From NCBI RefSeq assembly GCF_009914755.1, contig NC_060928.1: a stretch of 64,000 nucleotides of DNA. One strand, given 5' to 3'. Position 1 is the stretch's first letter; each line of letters starts with the position of its first letter. The position numbers and the translations under genes were made by a program. The DNA comes from the human T2T-CHM13v2.0 reference genome, Homo sapiens. Shown here piece by piece: positions 41,799 through 54,480 of the stretch. Below the pieces are notes generated by a model. That model saw only the letters and a program-made list of their open reading frames with translations. It did not search any database and was not told the origin of the DNA.

Positions 41799-44700
41799 TT
41801 TTTTATCACATTAAGCCTGCATTTATTTATATTTTTAAAATATTTTTATTTCCATAAGATTATTGGGGAACAGGTGGTATTTGGTTACATAAGTTCTTTC
41901 TTGGTGATTTGTGAGATTTTGGTGCACCCATCACCTGAGCAGTGTACACGGCATCCTATTTGTAACCTTTTATTCCTCGCACCCCCCACCCTTTCCCCCT
42001 GAGTCCCCAATGTCCGTTCTGTCATTCTTATGCCTTTGCATCCTCATAGCTTAGCTCCCACTTATGAGTGAGAACACACGATGTTTGGTTTTCCATTCCT
42101 GAGTTACTTCACTTAGAATAATAATCTCCAATCTCATCCAAGTCACTGTGAATGCCATTAATTCATTCCTTTTTATGGCTGAGTAGTATTCCATCATACA
42201 TATGTCTCACAGTTTCTTTACCCACTCATTGATTGTTGGGCATTTGGATTTGTTCCATGGTTCTGCAGTTGTGAATTGTGCTGCTATAAACATGCGTGTG
42301 CAAGTATCTTTTTCATATAATGACCTCTTTTCCTATGAGTAGATACCCAGTATTGGGACTGCTGGATCAAATGGTAGTTCTACTTTTAGTTCTTTAAGGA
42401 GTCTCCACATTGTTTTCCATAGTGGTTCTAATAGTTTACATCCCCATCAGCAGTGTAGAAGTGTTCCCTGTTTCCAGCATCCATGCCAACATCTATTTTT
42501 TTTTTTTTGATTTTTTTATTATGACCATTCTTGCAGGAGTAACGTGATATTGCATTGTGGTTTTGATTTGTATTTCCCTGATCATCAGTGATGTTGACCA
42601 TTTTTTCATATGTTTGTTGACCATTTGTATATCTTCTTTTGAGAATTGTCTATTCATGTCCTTAGCCCATTTTTTGATAGGATTTTTTTTTCTTGCTGAT
42701 TTGTTTGAGTTCATCATAGAATCTGGATATTAGTCCTTTGTCAGATGTATAGATTGTGAAGATTTTTTCTCACTCTGTGGGTTGTCTGTTTATGCTGACT
42801 ATTGTTCCTTTTGCCATGCAAAAGCTCTTTAGTTTAATTAAGTCCCGGCTATTTATCTTTGTTTTTATTGCATTTGCTTTTGGATTCTTGGTCATGAAAT
42901 CCTTGCCTAAGCCAATATCTAGAAGGGTTTTTCCAATGTTATTTTCCAGAATGTTCATAGTTTCAGGTCTTAGGTTTAAGTCCTTAATCCATCTTGAGTT
43001 GATCTTTGAATAAGGTGAGATGAGGATCCAGTTTCATTCTCCTACATATGGCTAGCCAATTATCCCAGCATCATTTGTTGAAAAGGATGTTCTTTCCCCA
43101 CTTTATGTTTTCGTTTGCTTTGTCGAAGATCAGTTGGGTGTAAGCATCTGGGTTTATTACTAGGTTCTCTATTCTGTTCCATTGGTCTACGTGTCTATTT
43201 GTATACCAGTACCATGCTGTTTTGTTGACTATGGCTTTATAGTATAGTTTGAAGTCAGGTAATGCAATGCCTCCAGATTTGTTCTTTTTGCTTAGTCTTG
43301 CTTTGACTATGTGGGCTTTTTTTTTGTTCCATATGAATTTTAGAATTTTTTTTTTCTAATTCTGTGAAGAATGATGGTGATATTTTGATGGGAATTGCTT
43401 TGAATTTGTAGATTGCTTTTGGCAGTATGGTCATTTTCACAATATTGATTCTACCCATTCCATTTGTGTCATCTGTGAAATATTTCAGCAGTATTTTGTA
43501 GTTTTCCTTGGAGAAGTCTTTCACCTCCTTGATTAGGTATATTCCTAAGTATTTTATTTTAATTTTTTTGCAGCTATTGTAAAGAGTTGAGTTCTTGATT
43601 TGATTCTCAGCTTGGTCGCTGTTGGTATATAGAAAAGCTACAGATTTATGTACATTAATTTTGTATCCAGAAACTTTGCTGAATTCTTTTATCATTTCTA
43701 GGAGCTTTCTGGAGGAGTCTTTAGGGTTTTCTAGGTAAACAATCATATCATCAGCAAACAGTGACTGTTTGACTTCCTCTTTACTGATTTGCTTGCCCTT
43801 TATTTCTTTCTCTTGTCTGATTGCTCTGGCTAGGACTTCCAGTATGATGTTGAAGAGGAGTAGTGAGAGTGGGCATCCTCATCTTGTTCCAGTTCTCAGA
43901 GGGAATGCTTTCAACTTTTCCTCATTCAGTATTATGTTGGCTGTGGGTTTGTCATAGATGACTTTTATTACATTGAGGTACGTCCCTTGTATGTCAATTT
44001 TGATGAGAGTTTTAATCATAAAAAGATACTGTTTTTTGTTAAATGCTTTTACTGCATCTATTGAGATGATCATGTGATTTTTATTGTTGATGCTGTTTAT
44101 GTGGTGTATCACATTTATTGATTTGCATATGTTAAACCATCCCTGCATCCCTGGTATGAAACCCACTTGATCATGGTGGATTATCTTTTAGGTATGTTGT
44201 TGGATTTGGTTAGCTAGTATTTTGTTAAGGATTTTAGCATTTATGTTTATCAGTGATATTGGTCTGTAGCTTTCTTTTTTGGTTATGTCCTTTCCTGGTT
44301 TTGGTATTAGGGTGCCACTGGCTTCATAGAATGATTTGTGGGGGGTTCCCGCTTTCTCTATCTTGTGGAATAGTGTGAAGATGATTGGTGCCAATTCTTC
44401 TTTCAGTGTCTGGTAGAATTCTGCTGTGAATCCGTCTGGTCCTGGATTTTTTTTTATTGGTAATTTTTAAATTACTTCAATCTCACTGCTTGTTACAGGT
44501 CTGTTTAGGGTATCTAATTCTTCCTGATTTAAGCTAGGAGGGTTGTATCTTTTTTGGAATTTATCCATCTCTTCTAGGTTTTTAAATTTATGTGCATAAA
44601 AGTGTTCACAGTAGCCTTGAATGATCTTTTGTATTTTTGTGGTGTCAGTTGTAATATCTCCCATTTTGTTTCTTATTCAGCTTATTTGGATTTTCTGTCA

Positions 44701-47490
44701 GTCTCTCTTTTTTTTTGGTTAATCTTGCTCATGGCCTATCAATTTATTTATCTTTTCAAAGAACCAGTTTTTTGTTTCATTTACCTTTTGTATTTTTTGA
44801 TGTCACTTGAATTTATTTAGTTCTGCTTTGATATGGTTAGTTCCTTTCTTTTGCTGGGTTTGGGTTTGGTTTGTTCTTGTTTCTCTAGTTCCTTGAGGTA
44901 TGACCTTAGATTGTCTGTCTGTGCCCTTTCAGACTTTTTGATGTAGACATTTAGGTCTATGAACTATCCTGTTAGCACCGCCTTTGCTGTATGCAGGAGA
45001 TTTTGATAGGTTTTGTCATTATTGTCATTCAGTTCAAATCTTTTTTTAATTTTCATCTCTATTTTATTTTTGACCTAATGATCATTCAGGAGAAAGTTAT
45101 TTAATTTCCATGTATTTGCATGGTTTGAAGGTTCTGTTTGGAGTTTATTTTCAGTTTTATTCCACTGTGGTCTGAGAGAGTGCTTGATATAATTTCAATT
45201 TTCTTAAATTTATTGAGGCTTGTTTTGTGGCCTATTGTATGGTCTATCTTGGAAAAACTTCCGTGTGCTGTTGAATAGAATGTATATCCGGCAGTTCTTG
45301 GATGGAATGTTCTGTATATATCTGTTAAGTCCGTTTGTTCCAGGGGATAGTTTAAATCCATTATTTCTTTTCTTTTTTTTTTTTTTTTAGAAGGAGTCTT
45401 GCTGCTCTGTCCCCCAGGCTGGAGTATAGTGGCACAATCTTGACTCACTGCAAGCTCCGCTTTGTGGGTTCATGCCTTCTCCTGCCTCAGCCTCCCTAGT
45501 AGCTGGGACTACAGGCGCCCACCACCATGCCCAGCTAATTTTTTGTATTTCTAGTAGAGACAGGGCTTCACCTTGTTAGCCAGGATGGTCTCGATCTCCT
45601 GACCTCATGATCCGCTCGCCTTGGCCTCCCAAAGTGCTGGGATTACAGGCCTGAGCCACTAAATCCATTATTTCTTTGTTGGCTTTCTGCCTTGATGACC
45701 TGTCTAGTGCTGTCAGTGGAGTATTGAAGTCCCCCACTGTTACTGTGTTGCTGTCTATCTCCTTTCTTAGGTCTATTAGTAATTTTTTTTATAAATTTGG
45801 GAGCTCCAGTGTTAGGTGCATGTATATTTAGGACAGTGATATTTTCCTGTTGGACAAGACCTTTTATCATTATATAATAACACTCTTTGTCTTTTTTAAC
45901 TTCTGTTGCTTTAAAGTTTCTTTTGTCTGATATAAGAATAACAACTCCTGCTCACTTTTGGTGTCCATTTGCATGAAATGTCTTTCTCCATCCCTTTACC
46001 TTAAGTTTATGTGAGTCCTTATGTGTTAGGTGAAGGGCTATCTCTTGAAGGCAGCAGATAGTTGGTTGATGAATTCTTATCCATTCTGCCATTCTGTAGT
46101 TTTAGGTGGAGCATTTAGGCTATTTACATTCAACGTTAGTATTGAGATGTGAGGTACCCTTGCATTCATCATGCTATTTGCTGCCTGTATACCTTCATTT
46201 TTTGGTTTTTGCTTTTGTTTTTCAAATTGTTTTTGATATATAGGTCCTGTGAGATTTATGCTTAAAGAGGTTCTGTTTTGATGTGTTTCCAGGATTTATT
46301 TCAAGATTTAGAGCTCTTTTTAGCAGTTCCTGTAGTGGTGGCTTGGTAGAGGAAAATTCTGTAAGCACTGGTTTGTCTGAAAAAGACTGTATCTTTCCTT
46401 CATATATGAAGTTTAGTTTCACTGGATACGAAATTCTTAGCTGATAATTGTTTTGTTTGAGGAGGCTGAAGGTAGTGCTCCAATCCCTTCTAGCTTGTAG
46501 GGTTTCTGCTGAGAAATCTGCTGTTAATCTGATAGGTTTTCCTTTAGAGATTACCTGGTGCTTTTGTCTCACAGATGTTAAGATTCTTTCTTTCATCTTA
46601 ACTTTAGATAACCTGATGACAATGTGCCAAGGTGATGATCTTTTGGCAATGAATTTCCCAGGTGTCCTTTGTGCTTTGTTCCTAGGAGGATTATGGCTGC
46701 CTCTACTGTGTCATGCAGGTTGTCAGGGAAGTGGAGGGAAACCCAGCAGTCACAGGCCTCACCCAGCTCCCGTGCAATCCGAAGGGCTGGTCTCACTCCC
46801 ACCGTGCCACCCTGTATAGCACCGAGTCTGTTTCAAGGGGTAGGTGAGCAGTGCTGAGAACTTGCCCCAGGCTACCCGCCTCCCAGCTGCGAAAGCAAGT
46901 ATGGCTTTCCTTCTACTCCCGCCTGTGGAGTCTGCACACTGGATTCACTCCCCTACCCTGAGTTCTGGCAAGAAGACTTCTTGATCAGCTCAAATTGTTA
47001 CAAAGTTCAGCTGGAGCTTTCCTTCTCCCTGTGGCCTTTTCCCAGGGCCTCTGGTGCCCTCCCAAAGGACCCCTGTGAGACCAGGCAGAAATGGTTTGCT
47101 AGGGGACCCAGTGAGCTCACAGGGCTTTCCTGCTGCTTTCTCTACCCCTGTATTTTGCTCAGCTCTCTAAATCGACTCAGCTCCAGATGAGGTCAGAATC
47201 TTCTCTTGTAATGTAGACCTTCAGTTTCCCCAGTTGAGGGGTGTGTATGGGGGTGGATGATCTCCCTTTCCCACTTCCACATTTTGGGCACTCACAGTAT
47301 TTCGGATGTCTCCCAGGTCCTGCAGGAGCAATTTGCTTCCTTCAGAGGGTCTGTGGGTCTCCTTGGGTTTCCTGATTTATTCCTGCAGTCATTCCGAAGC
47401 CAAAATTCACAGTGCGGGCCTCCGCATACTGCTCTGTTCATCCTAGTCAGAGCTGCAATCTGGTCCTGTCTCCTGTCTGCCGTGTTCTGC
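41799..47490 (-). mobile_element. L1PB1 (L1PBa-type 5' end) with both termini, an internal deletion and decayed ORF1/ORF2
   Basis: L1PB1 3' end 'tttccataagattattggggaacaggtggtatttggttacat'; ORF2 fragments (EN, RT '[23 protein letters not shown]') and ORF1 C-terminal fragment 46222-46596; perfect 17-bp TSD ctacatctgaaaattct (41782-41798 / 47491-47507). Confidence 0.93.
45371..45660 (-). mobile_element. AluY nested in the L1PB1 ORF2 endonuclease region
   Basis: AluY diagnostics; TSD aaatccattatttcttt (45354-45370 / 45661-45677). Confidence 0.95.
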
Positions 47491-48069
47491 CTACATCTGA
47501 AAATTCTAATAGCAATTATTATAATAAAATAGTAGTCCTCACATTTCTAATTATTAATAGTTATGAATACAAAAAGCAAGAAAAGGATTACTTGTGACAG
47601 AAAAGTACTTCATTGATCATTGGCATCCTTCACTGCCATCTACGTTGGCAGAAACACTTCTGATTGTGGAAATAGTCATATGGGACCATATGACTCATAC
47701 AGATGACTTACATGTTTTATTGGGTTTCTATCTTTTTATTTCTGCAGTGAAAATGAAAGGTGGTGAAACTGGAGGCAAAAAAAAAATGAAGCAAAGATGC
47801 TTTTATTTTCTTTACTCTGAAGTTATTTTGCCGGTAGAAAAATGAGGGAACATTGAGATAATAAAAGAGCCTGCAGCTGTGAAGAAAAGCTCTCAGAATT
47901 CTCAAAGACAAGAGCACATAGTCTGAGAGGTTTTGCCACTGACATTGCTAAATTTGAAAACTCCAAAATTCTTTCTGCAATGTGTGAAGAGGACTAAGAC
48001 TAAATATTATAATTGTTAATAAACAGTGAAAAGAAAATAAATTGTATTATCTACATGTATGAATATATA

Positions 48070-48288
48070 CACATAATCCCTGACTCAGCATGGTTCAACT
48101 TACAATTTTTTGACTTTACTGTGTTACAAAACACTACACACTTTCACTATACTCCTTGAATGACAACAGGGTTACATCTGGAGGAACCCATGGTAAGTTA
48201 AAAATATCGTTAGTTAAAATGCCCTTTTGACCCAGGATATATTCAATGTGTAATGGGCATAACTCCATCATCAGCTGAGGAGCATCTG
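48070..48288. mobile_element. MER47/Tigger5-derived DNA transposon remnant
   Basis: Ends 'catcagctgaggagcatctg'; internal 'cccatggtaagttaaaaatatcgttagtt'; TA on both sides. Confidence 0.75.
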
Positions 48289-48290
48289 TA

Positions 48291-48998
48291 TAGCCGTCCC
48301 TCTATCCACAAAAGATATGTTCCAGGTCTCCCAATGGATGCCTGAAACCACAAATAAGACAGAGCTGTCTATATTATGACTTTTCCTATGTTTACATTCC
48401 GATTATACAGTTCAATTTATATATTAGGCACAGTGAAAGGTGAACAACAGTGACTAATATTAATAATAGTAGAAGAAATTATAATACACTATCATAAAAG
48501 TTACATAAATGTGGTCTCCTCTGTCTTTGTCTCTCAAAATGTCTTGTGGTGTACTTACCATTTTTCTTCTTATGATGTCGTGAGATGATAAAATGCTCAA
48601 GTGCTGAGATGAAGAGAGGCAAATGATGAAGGCACTGTTATGTAGTGTTAGGCTATTGACCTTCTCACAACAGGATAGAAGGGGGATCATCTGCCTTGGG
48701 AGATCCTGGATCATGGGGCCATGATGTGGATGGTTGGATGTCAGGAGCAGACCACGTTGATGACTAATGGGTACAAACGGTGTGGATACCCTGTGTACCA
48801 CAGGGTACACATGTCCCAGGGACATGTGGGAAGATTCATGTCCCAGGCAGGACAGAGCAGGATGCTACTCAGAACTTACCAATGTAAAACTTATAAATTG
48901 TTTATTCTAGAATTTTCCACTTAATATTTTCAGACTTTGCCTGATTGAGGATAACTGAAACCATGGAAAGGTAAACCATGGATAAGGGGAGATGACTG
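48291..48998 (-). mobile_element. MER44 (Tigger7-derived) DNA transposon remnant, ~710 bp
   Basis: Ends 'ttccacttaatattttcagac...ccatggataaggggagatgactg'+TA; other end 'gtccctctatccacaaaagatatgttccagg...tggatgcctgaaacc'. Confidence 0.8.
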
Positions 48999-49060
48999 TA
49001 TCTACGTGTGTGTCAGACAGAATATTCATTTGGACACGTGGGCAGAAAATGGCCTTTCCC

Positions 49061-49347
49061 AGCCGCATGCAGTAGCTCATGCCTGTAATCCCTGAAGGCC
49101 GAGGTGGGAAGATTGCTTGAGCCCAGGAGTTTGAGACCAGCCTAAGCAACATAGGAAGACTTCATCTCTACAGAAAAATAAAAATATTAGCCAGGTGTGG
49201 TGGCATGTGTCTGTAGTCCCAGTTACTTGGGAGGCTGAGGTGGGAGGATCACTTAAGTCAGGGAAGTTGAGGCTGCAGTGAGCTGTGATAGCCCCACACA
49301 CTCCAGCCTGGGCAACAGAGTGAAATCCTGTCCCTTCCCCTTCCAAA
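49061..49347 (+). mobile_element. AluJ (Jo-like)
   Basis: 'gattgcttgagcccaggagtttgag', 'gaggctgcagtgagctgtgat'; TSD core ggcctttccc on both sides. Confidence 0.9.
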
Positions 49348-51606
49348 GAAAGGCCTTTCCCGTGAGGCAACAGCAGTTAGTTATTCCCGGTAACGATCAG
49401 GACGGAGAGCCACACTTACTGAACTATTAACTTTAGACATAGAACTTCCTTGAGTTGCAAATAACATGCTTCACTAAAGCAATGCAAGCTGTCCTGGTAT
49501 TTTCTTTTCCTCTCACAATGGCCCTGTATACACATTAATCTGTGATCTTCATTTCACAGCGTCATTCTGAAGCACTAAGCCATGTGCCAATGGGACAGTA
49601 GTGACTCAGTTCTGTATCCCAATTTATCAGCAGGGCAATGCTCACTATGTATCCTCCTGGGCTTGAAGGGAAGGAAGCCATCTAGGAGACGTCCTCCCTC
49701 ATCATCCCTTGCTCATGTTTCCCCGGCCCTCCCTCACGATACCTGCCCTTCCTTCCCACTGCAATAATATTCCCCAAGGAAGCCCTAGAAGGCTTTTGGG
49801 TTCTGTTGACAATTACAGGAATAATTTATTTTCAAATGGATGTTAATCTGATAGAAGTAGTCAAATTTTCCCTGAGCTCAGGCAGAAACAAACTTCTTCA
49901 TGGCAAGTATACTGATTCCATCCGCTATTATTGTGATGGGGAAGACAAATTATCCAATTACTAAACACAGTGCTCTAGGCAATACAAAATAACATCCTGA
50001 TTAATCTAACTACATAGGAGAGATACTTCTGTTTATCACGCTTCCCCTAAAACAAACAATATTGGATTACAAATAAAGATGAGTCATATTTGTTCGGCAA
50101 TACTCATGGATATTTCAGTCCTGAAAATAAAGAGCTTACTTAAGGTGAGAAATATTTATATAAATGGCCTTAATGTAGTATGCACTTAAAATTACATTCA
50201 CGAGTGAAAGTATATTCATAAGATCATTTCTGAGCTAAAATACTGAAGATTTTATTCTAGCTCATTTGTACTAATTAGAAACAAATTTTACTTCTTCCAT
50301 CTGTGTGCTATATTTAAAAATGAAACGTTATAGATATGTAAGCAGATGCTGAGATTACCAACTGGTCAATTTAGACAAACATCGTATTATTTGCCATGAA
50401 TGTCAAATGATTCAGGTTTTTGTTTCCTCCACAAGGAAAACAAAAAGCAATAAAAATTTTGGTGATGACATAAACATTTTAATGTCATCATCTAAATTAT
50501 TAAGGGAATGTTTAACCTTTAATGATGTATCTGGGAAATTTTTGACCCTGTGACAAATAAAGAGAGTGAATAGAGCAAGGAATAATGCCTGTGATCTACC
50601 TCTAGTCTATGTAAACCACATCATATTCTATAGCCTTTACCTCCTCAGCTTGCCTGCCCCTCATACATCCTGTCCTTGACTTAAGATGACAATCTGGACT
50701 GTGATGCTTTGCAATTCTGCACTTGGATTGGAACAGTTCCTATTTCCTATACTTTGAATTTACTTCCTGTTTCATTTTACTTCCTCAGCTGACACCTTCA
50801 TCTTACTGTGTTTCCAACAATATTCTGTATCCCTACTTACTCCCAATTCCTGACCTGCTTTATTGCTTGATAGCAGCAGAATGGGCCTTGATCTCCTTCC
50901 TCTGATAATGACTGGAGTCATTAACAAAATTACAGTCTTAGTTTTTCCACAGATAACAAAGAACATGGCAAGTCTATGAATTACATTTAAAACAGACTTA
51001 AAAGATAAATGAAAGCATGTCAGTGGCGCCTGAAAAGGGGGAATAACAAATTCTTTTCTCCAGGAAGTCATCATTCTTAGATAGCTTTTGGGAGGACATT
51101 GCTGGAGCTCTCAGAGAGAAAGGGCATACCCGTGCAGCCATCCAGGTGACCTTGGTCAACACAGGCTGTCAGTGGAACTACAGATGTCAAATAAAGCAGG
51201 ACCACCTCAGATCCAGGGGCCATCAACCTTTTTTTTTTAATTTTTTTTTTTTTTTATTTTTTGCTTTTTCGTAGGGGGTGGGGTGGAGAGGTTTTTAGTA
51301 GAAGATGAACTATTTAGTCAGAAATGTCTGTCTCATTCCACTTTTTTTGTGTAATTCCATTTTAGAAAAATATTTTTCCAATTCTCCTTAAATATTAGCT
51401 CTTCTACATTGTACTGTGTGACATTGATGAGTTATTAAATTTGCCAAGTCCCAGTTTCTTTAAATGTAAAAAGAAAAAAAAATTGTATCTATGTCACAAG
51501 GTTGACACATCGAATGATAAAATTCGATGATTTAGCTCATGGGAAATCACCTGAAGTGCTTGATATAGAGGATGCTTAATATTAAGTTTTTAAACAGCAA
51601 GACTAG

Positions 51607-51916
<310 letters not shown>

Positions 51917-52254
51917 TAGCAAGGCATTCTAATTAATGTAATTCCAAATCCCAAATAATATGTTCACTTCCACTTTTAAAAAGGATTTTAATTTGTTTTG
52001 TTCAGAAATATTTGGTTGCAACTAACAGAAATGTACTTAAACCAGATAGATCAAATGGGGGTCTGATAAAATGGTTTTTTAGATCTGTTCCTTTACCTAT
52101 ACCCCTTCTGAGTCATGAAAATTATTGACTATTTTTGTGGCTCAATAATTCAAAGATCTTAACAATGCACCCAAAGTCAATAAGGTGATTGGCTTTGGAA
52201 TCTTTGGGTGATGTTAACAGGGAATTAATACTGACAGTGTAAAAGGCCTCATTA

Positions 52255-52762
52255 TCTACAATAAACTATTACAATGGTCACCCCCAGTGAGCCACATACG
52301 CAAGTTGTCATACTGTTGTGTAGTTTCTAACACATTGACTCTGGGTGTAGCCAAATAAGTTGCTTTGGCTAGTAGATCTAAGCCAGCCCAATGCTTGTTT
52401 AGCATTAATTGATAAGCATGCACTTGATAAGCATTGCACTTTGGGGCTTGCCCTCTTAGAATATTCCCTCATCGGACCAGTTATATACTATAGGAAACCT
52501 AGGCTCTCCTTCTGGAGAGAAAAACTGCTTGCAGAAGTCCTGGAAGATAACTCCACCTGGAAAGGGTGGTTATGTGAAGAAGAACTGAGCCAGACTCCCA
52601 GCTAAATGCAGCTGGAAGAGTGGCCCAGCCGGCAGGCACCATGTAGTGGAACCCAAATAATACCTAGTGAACACACAATATTATGAGAGACAATAAATGC
52701 TGGAGCTGGTTGAAGCCACTAATGTTTGAAGTGTTTCTTTTCACAGTAACAGATAAACTCAA
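52255..52762 (+). mobile_element. MLT1 (G/H-like) LTR
   Basis: 'ttggggcttgccctcttagaa...aatgcagc...aataaatg...gaagccactaatgtttgaagtg...cagtaacagataaact'. Confidence 0.7.
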
Positions 52763-52780
52763 GCTGAAACCTTTTATTTT

Positions 52781-52917
52781 GATTTGTATTTTTATTTTTA
52801 TTATACTTTAAGTTCTGGGACACATGTGCAGAACATGCAGATTTGTTACATAGGTATACATGTGCCATGGTGGTTTGCTGCACCTTTCAACCCATCATCT
52901 ACATGGACACATGGAGG
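52781..52917 (-). mobile_element. Short L1PA7-like 3' insertion with a tiny 5' inversion
   Basis: Antisense L1PA7-type 3' UTR to 'catcatctacat', then sense 'ggacacatggaggg'; TSD gaaacctt(t/a)t(a/c)tttt. Confidence 0.8.
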
Positions 52918-53174
52918 GAAACCTTATCTTTTAGGTAATATGATGGGATATCAGGGTGTGCACCTCTTTGACCCTTTTTCCATCCTCAGGATCTACAGCT
53001 TTATTCCTCATCACCATGACAACTTGCATAGGAGGCTGATTTTATAAATAATTGGAATTCAGAAGGCAAAGGAGAAGGGCCAGGGCTAAATTAAAGTAGA
53101 TGACACAGGTGAGGAAAGGAAGAAAGAATGCCCCAAGGAGATATTTCCTATAAAACTGGAATGCAGGGCACACT

Positions 53175-54480
53175 GTATCACTCAGCATGCTTTGGGTGGT
53201 AACACAAAAAAACATCTGAAAGTGTCATAGACAGGAAAGGGGATTCATTGGCTCATGTAATCAAAACTGTCTGAGGTAGGGAGATAAATGAAGCCTCCTC
53301 CTGTGTTTCTTTCTGGTATTTTGGGTTCTGTGCTTCTCCAAGTGTGGCTTCCTCTTCAGGTGTCTTCCTGTAAGGAAAAAATGACTGCCAGCAATATAGT
53401 TCTTCCTTGACATGCAGGAGAGGGAGAGATAGTCACTTTCATAATGTCAAACAGAATGCCTTATCTCCCTTGAATTTATCTATTCTTGCATCAGTCACCT
53501 CATTGAGGCAAGGGGAAATCTATGCACTCAGTGACATATATCTATTACAGATGCATTGCCAACATAATCTCTAGGCAAAGAGAATGTCATTCTCCTAATT
53601 GGATGAAAGTCACTAATTATTAATGTCTAACAAGGGATTACCATATGTACACCTAGAAGTAAAAGTCCTCAGAGCTCTTCATTCTTTCTTCCCTCCTCAA
53701 GCAAATAAGCATTAAAGTCTGCGCTTTGTGACTGTGTCTTCCTGGCACTAATTGTTGTATTGGTTAGGAGGCTTTCCGCTGCAAGTAACAGAAATATTTA
53801 ACTCAAACTGACTTAAAATAGAGAAAGTTTATTGAATAAACTTAATAAATTTATTGACTAAATAAAATAAAGTTTTTGAAACTGAGACATTCAGAGCTGT
53901 GATGTTCTTTCCACACAGTTCAATTTGGGCTCTGATTCCATTTACCTTTGATTTTCTCAGCTTTCCTCTTGTCTGCGTAAGATTACTACCTTCACGGTTG
54001 AAAAACAACTAACACCAAAAAAAAAAAACCCAAAATAGTGACAGTACATTGGTCATGAGCATAATCCCAGCTGCAGACTGCCTGAGCTGACAATCCAGCT
54101 CAACTATTGATTAGACATGTGATCTTGAGCATTTACTTAACCTCTGTATTTCAGTTCACTCATATGGATTATCTGAATAAGCACAAACTCCATCTCATGA
54201 AACTATCGTGAAAATTCAATAACCTAAATCAATAGAATATGCTTAGAAAACCAACATTTGACACACAGTAAGCACTTCATAATTTTAGCTGTTATTGTCA
54301 TCATCACCTGTTCAGATCCAGAGGGAGAGAGACAGTTCTCACAACCATCAAATACCCATCTTAAACTTGGCTTGCCTCCGGTCATCTCCAAATCAACCAC
54401 CATGGTAAGGAGAATGGAACCATTCCTAAGAGTTTAGACCACTTAAAGCTCATCCCTTCCAACTACATTCACAACATGGA
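53175..54480 (-). mobile_element. Cluster of old MLT1J/K-like LTR remnants with an embedded MIR (~54070-54300)
   Basis: 'tgtattggttaggaggctttccgctgcaagtaacagaaa...actcaaactgacttaaa' and 'attcattggctcatgtaat'; MIR 'tgtgatcttgagcatttacttaacctctg...cacagtaagcacttcataattttagctgtt'. Confidence 0.5.
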
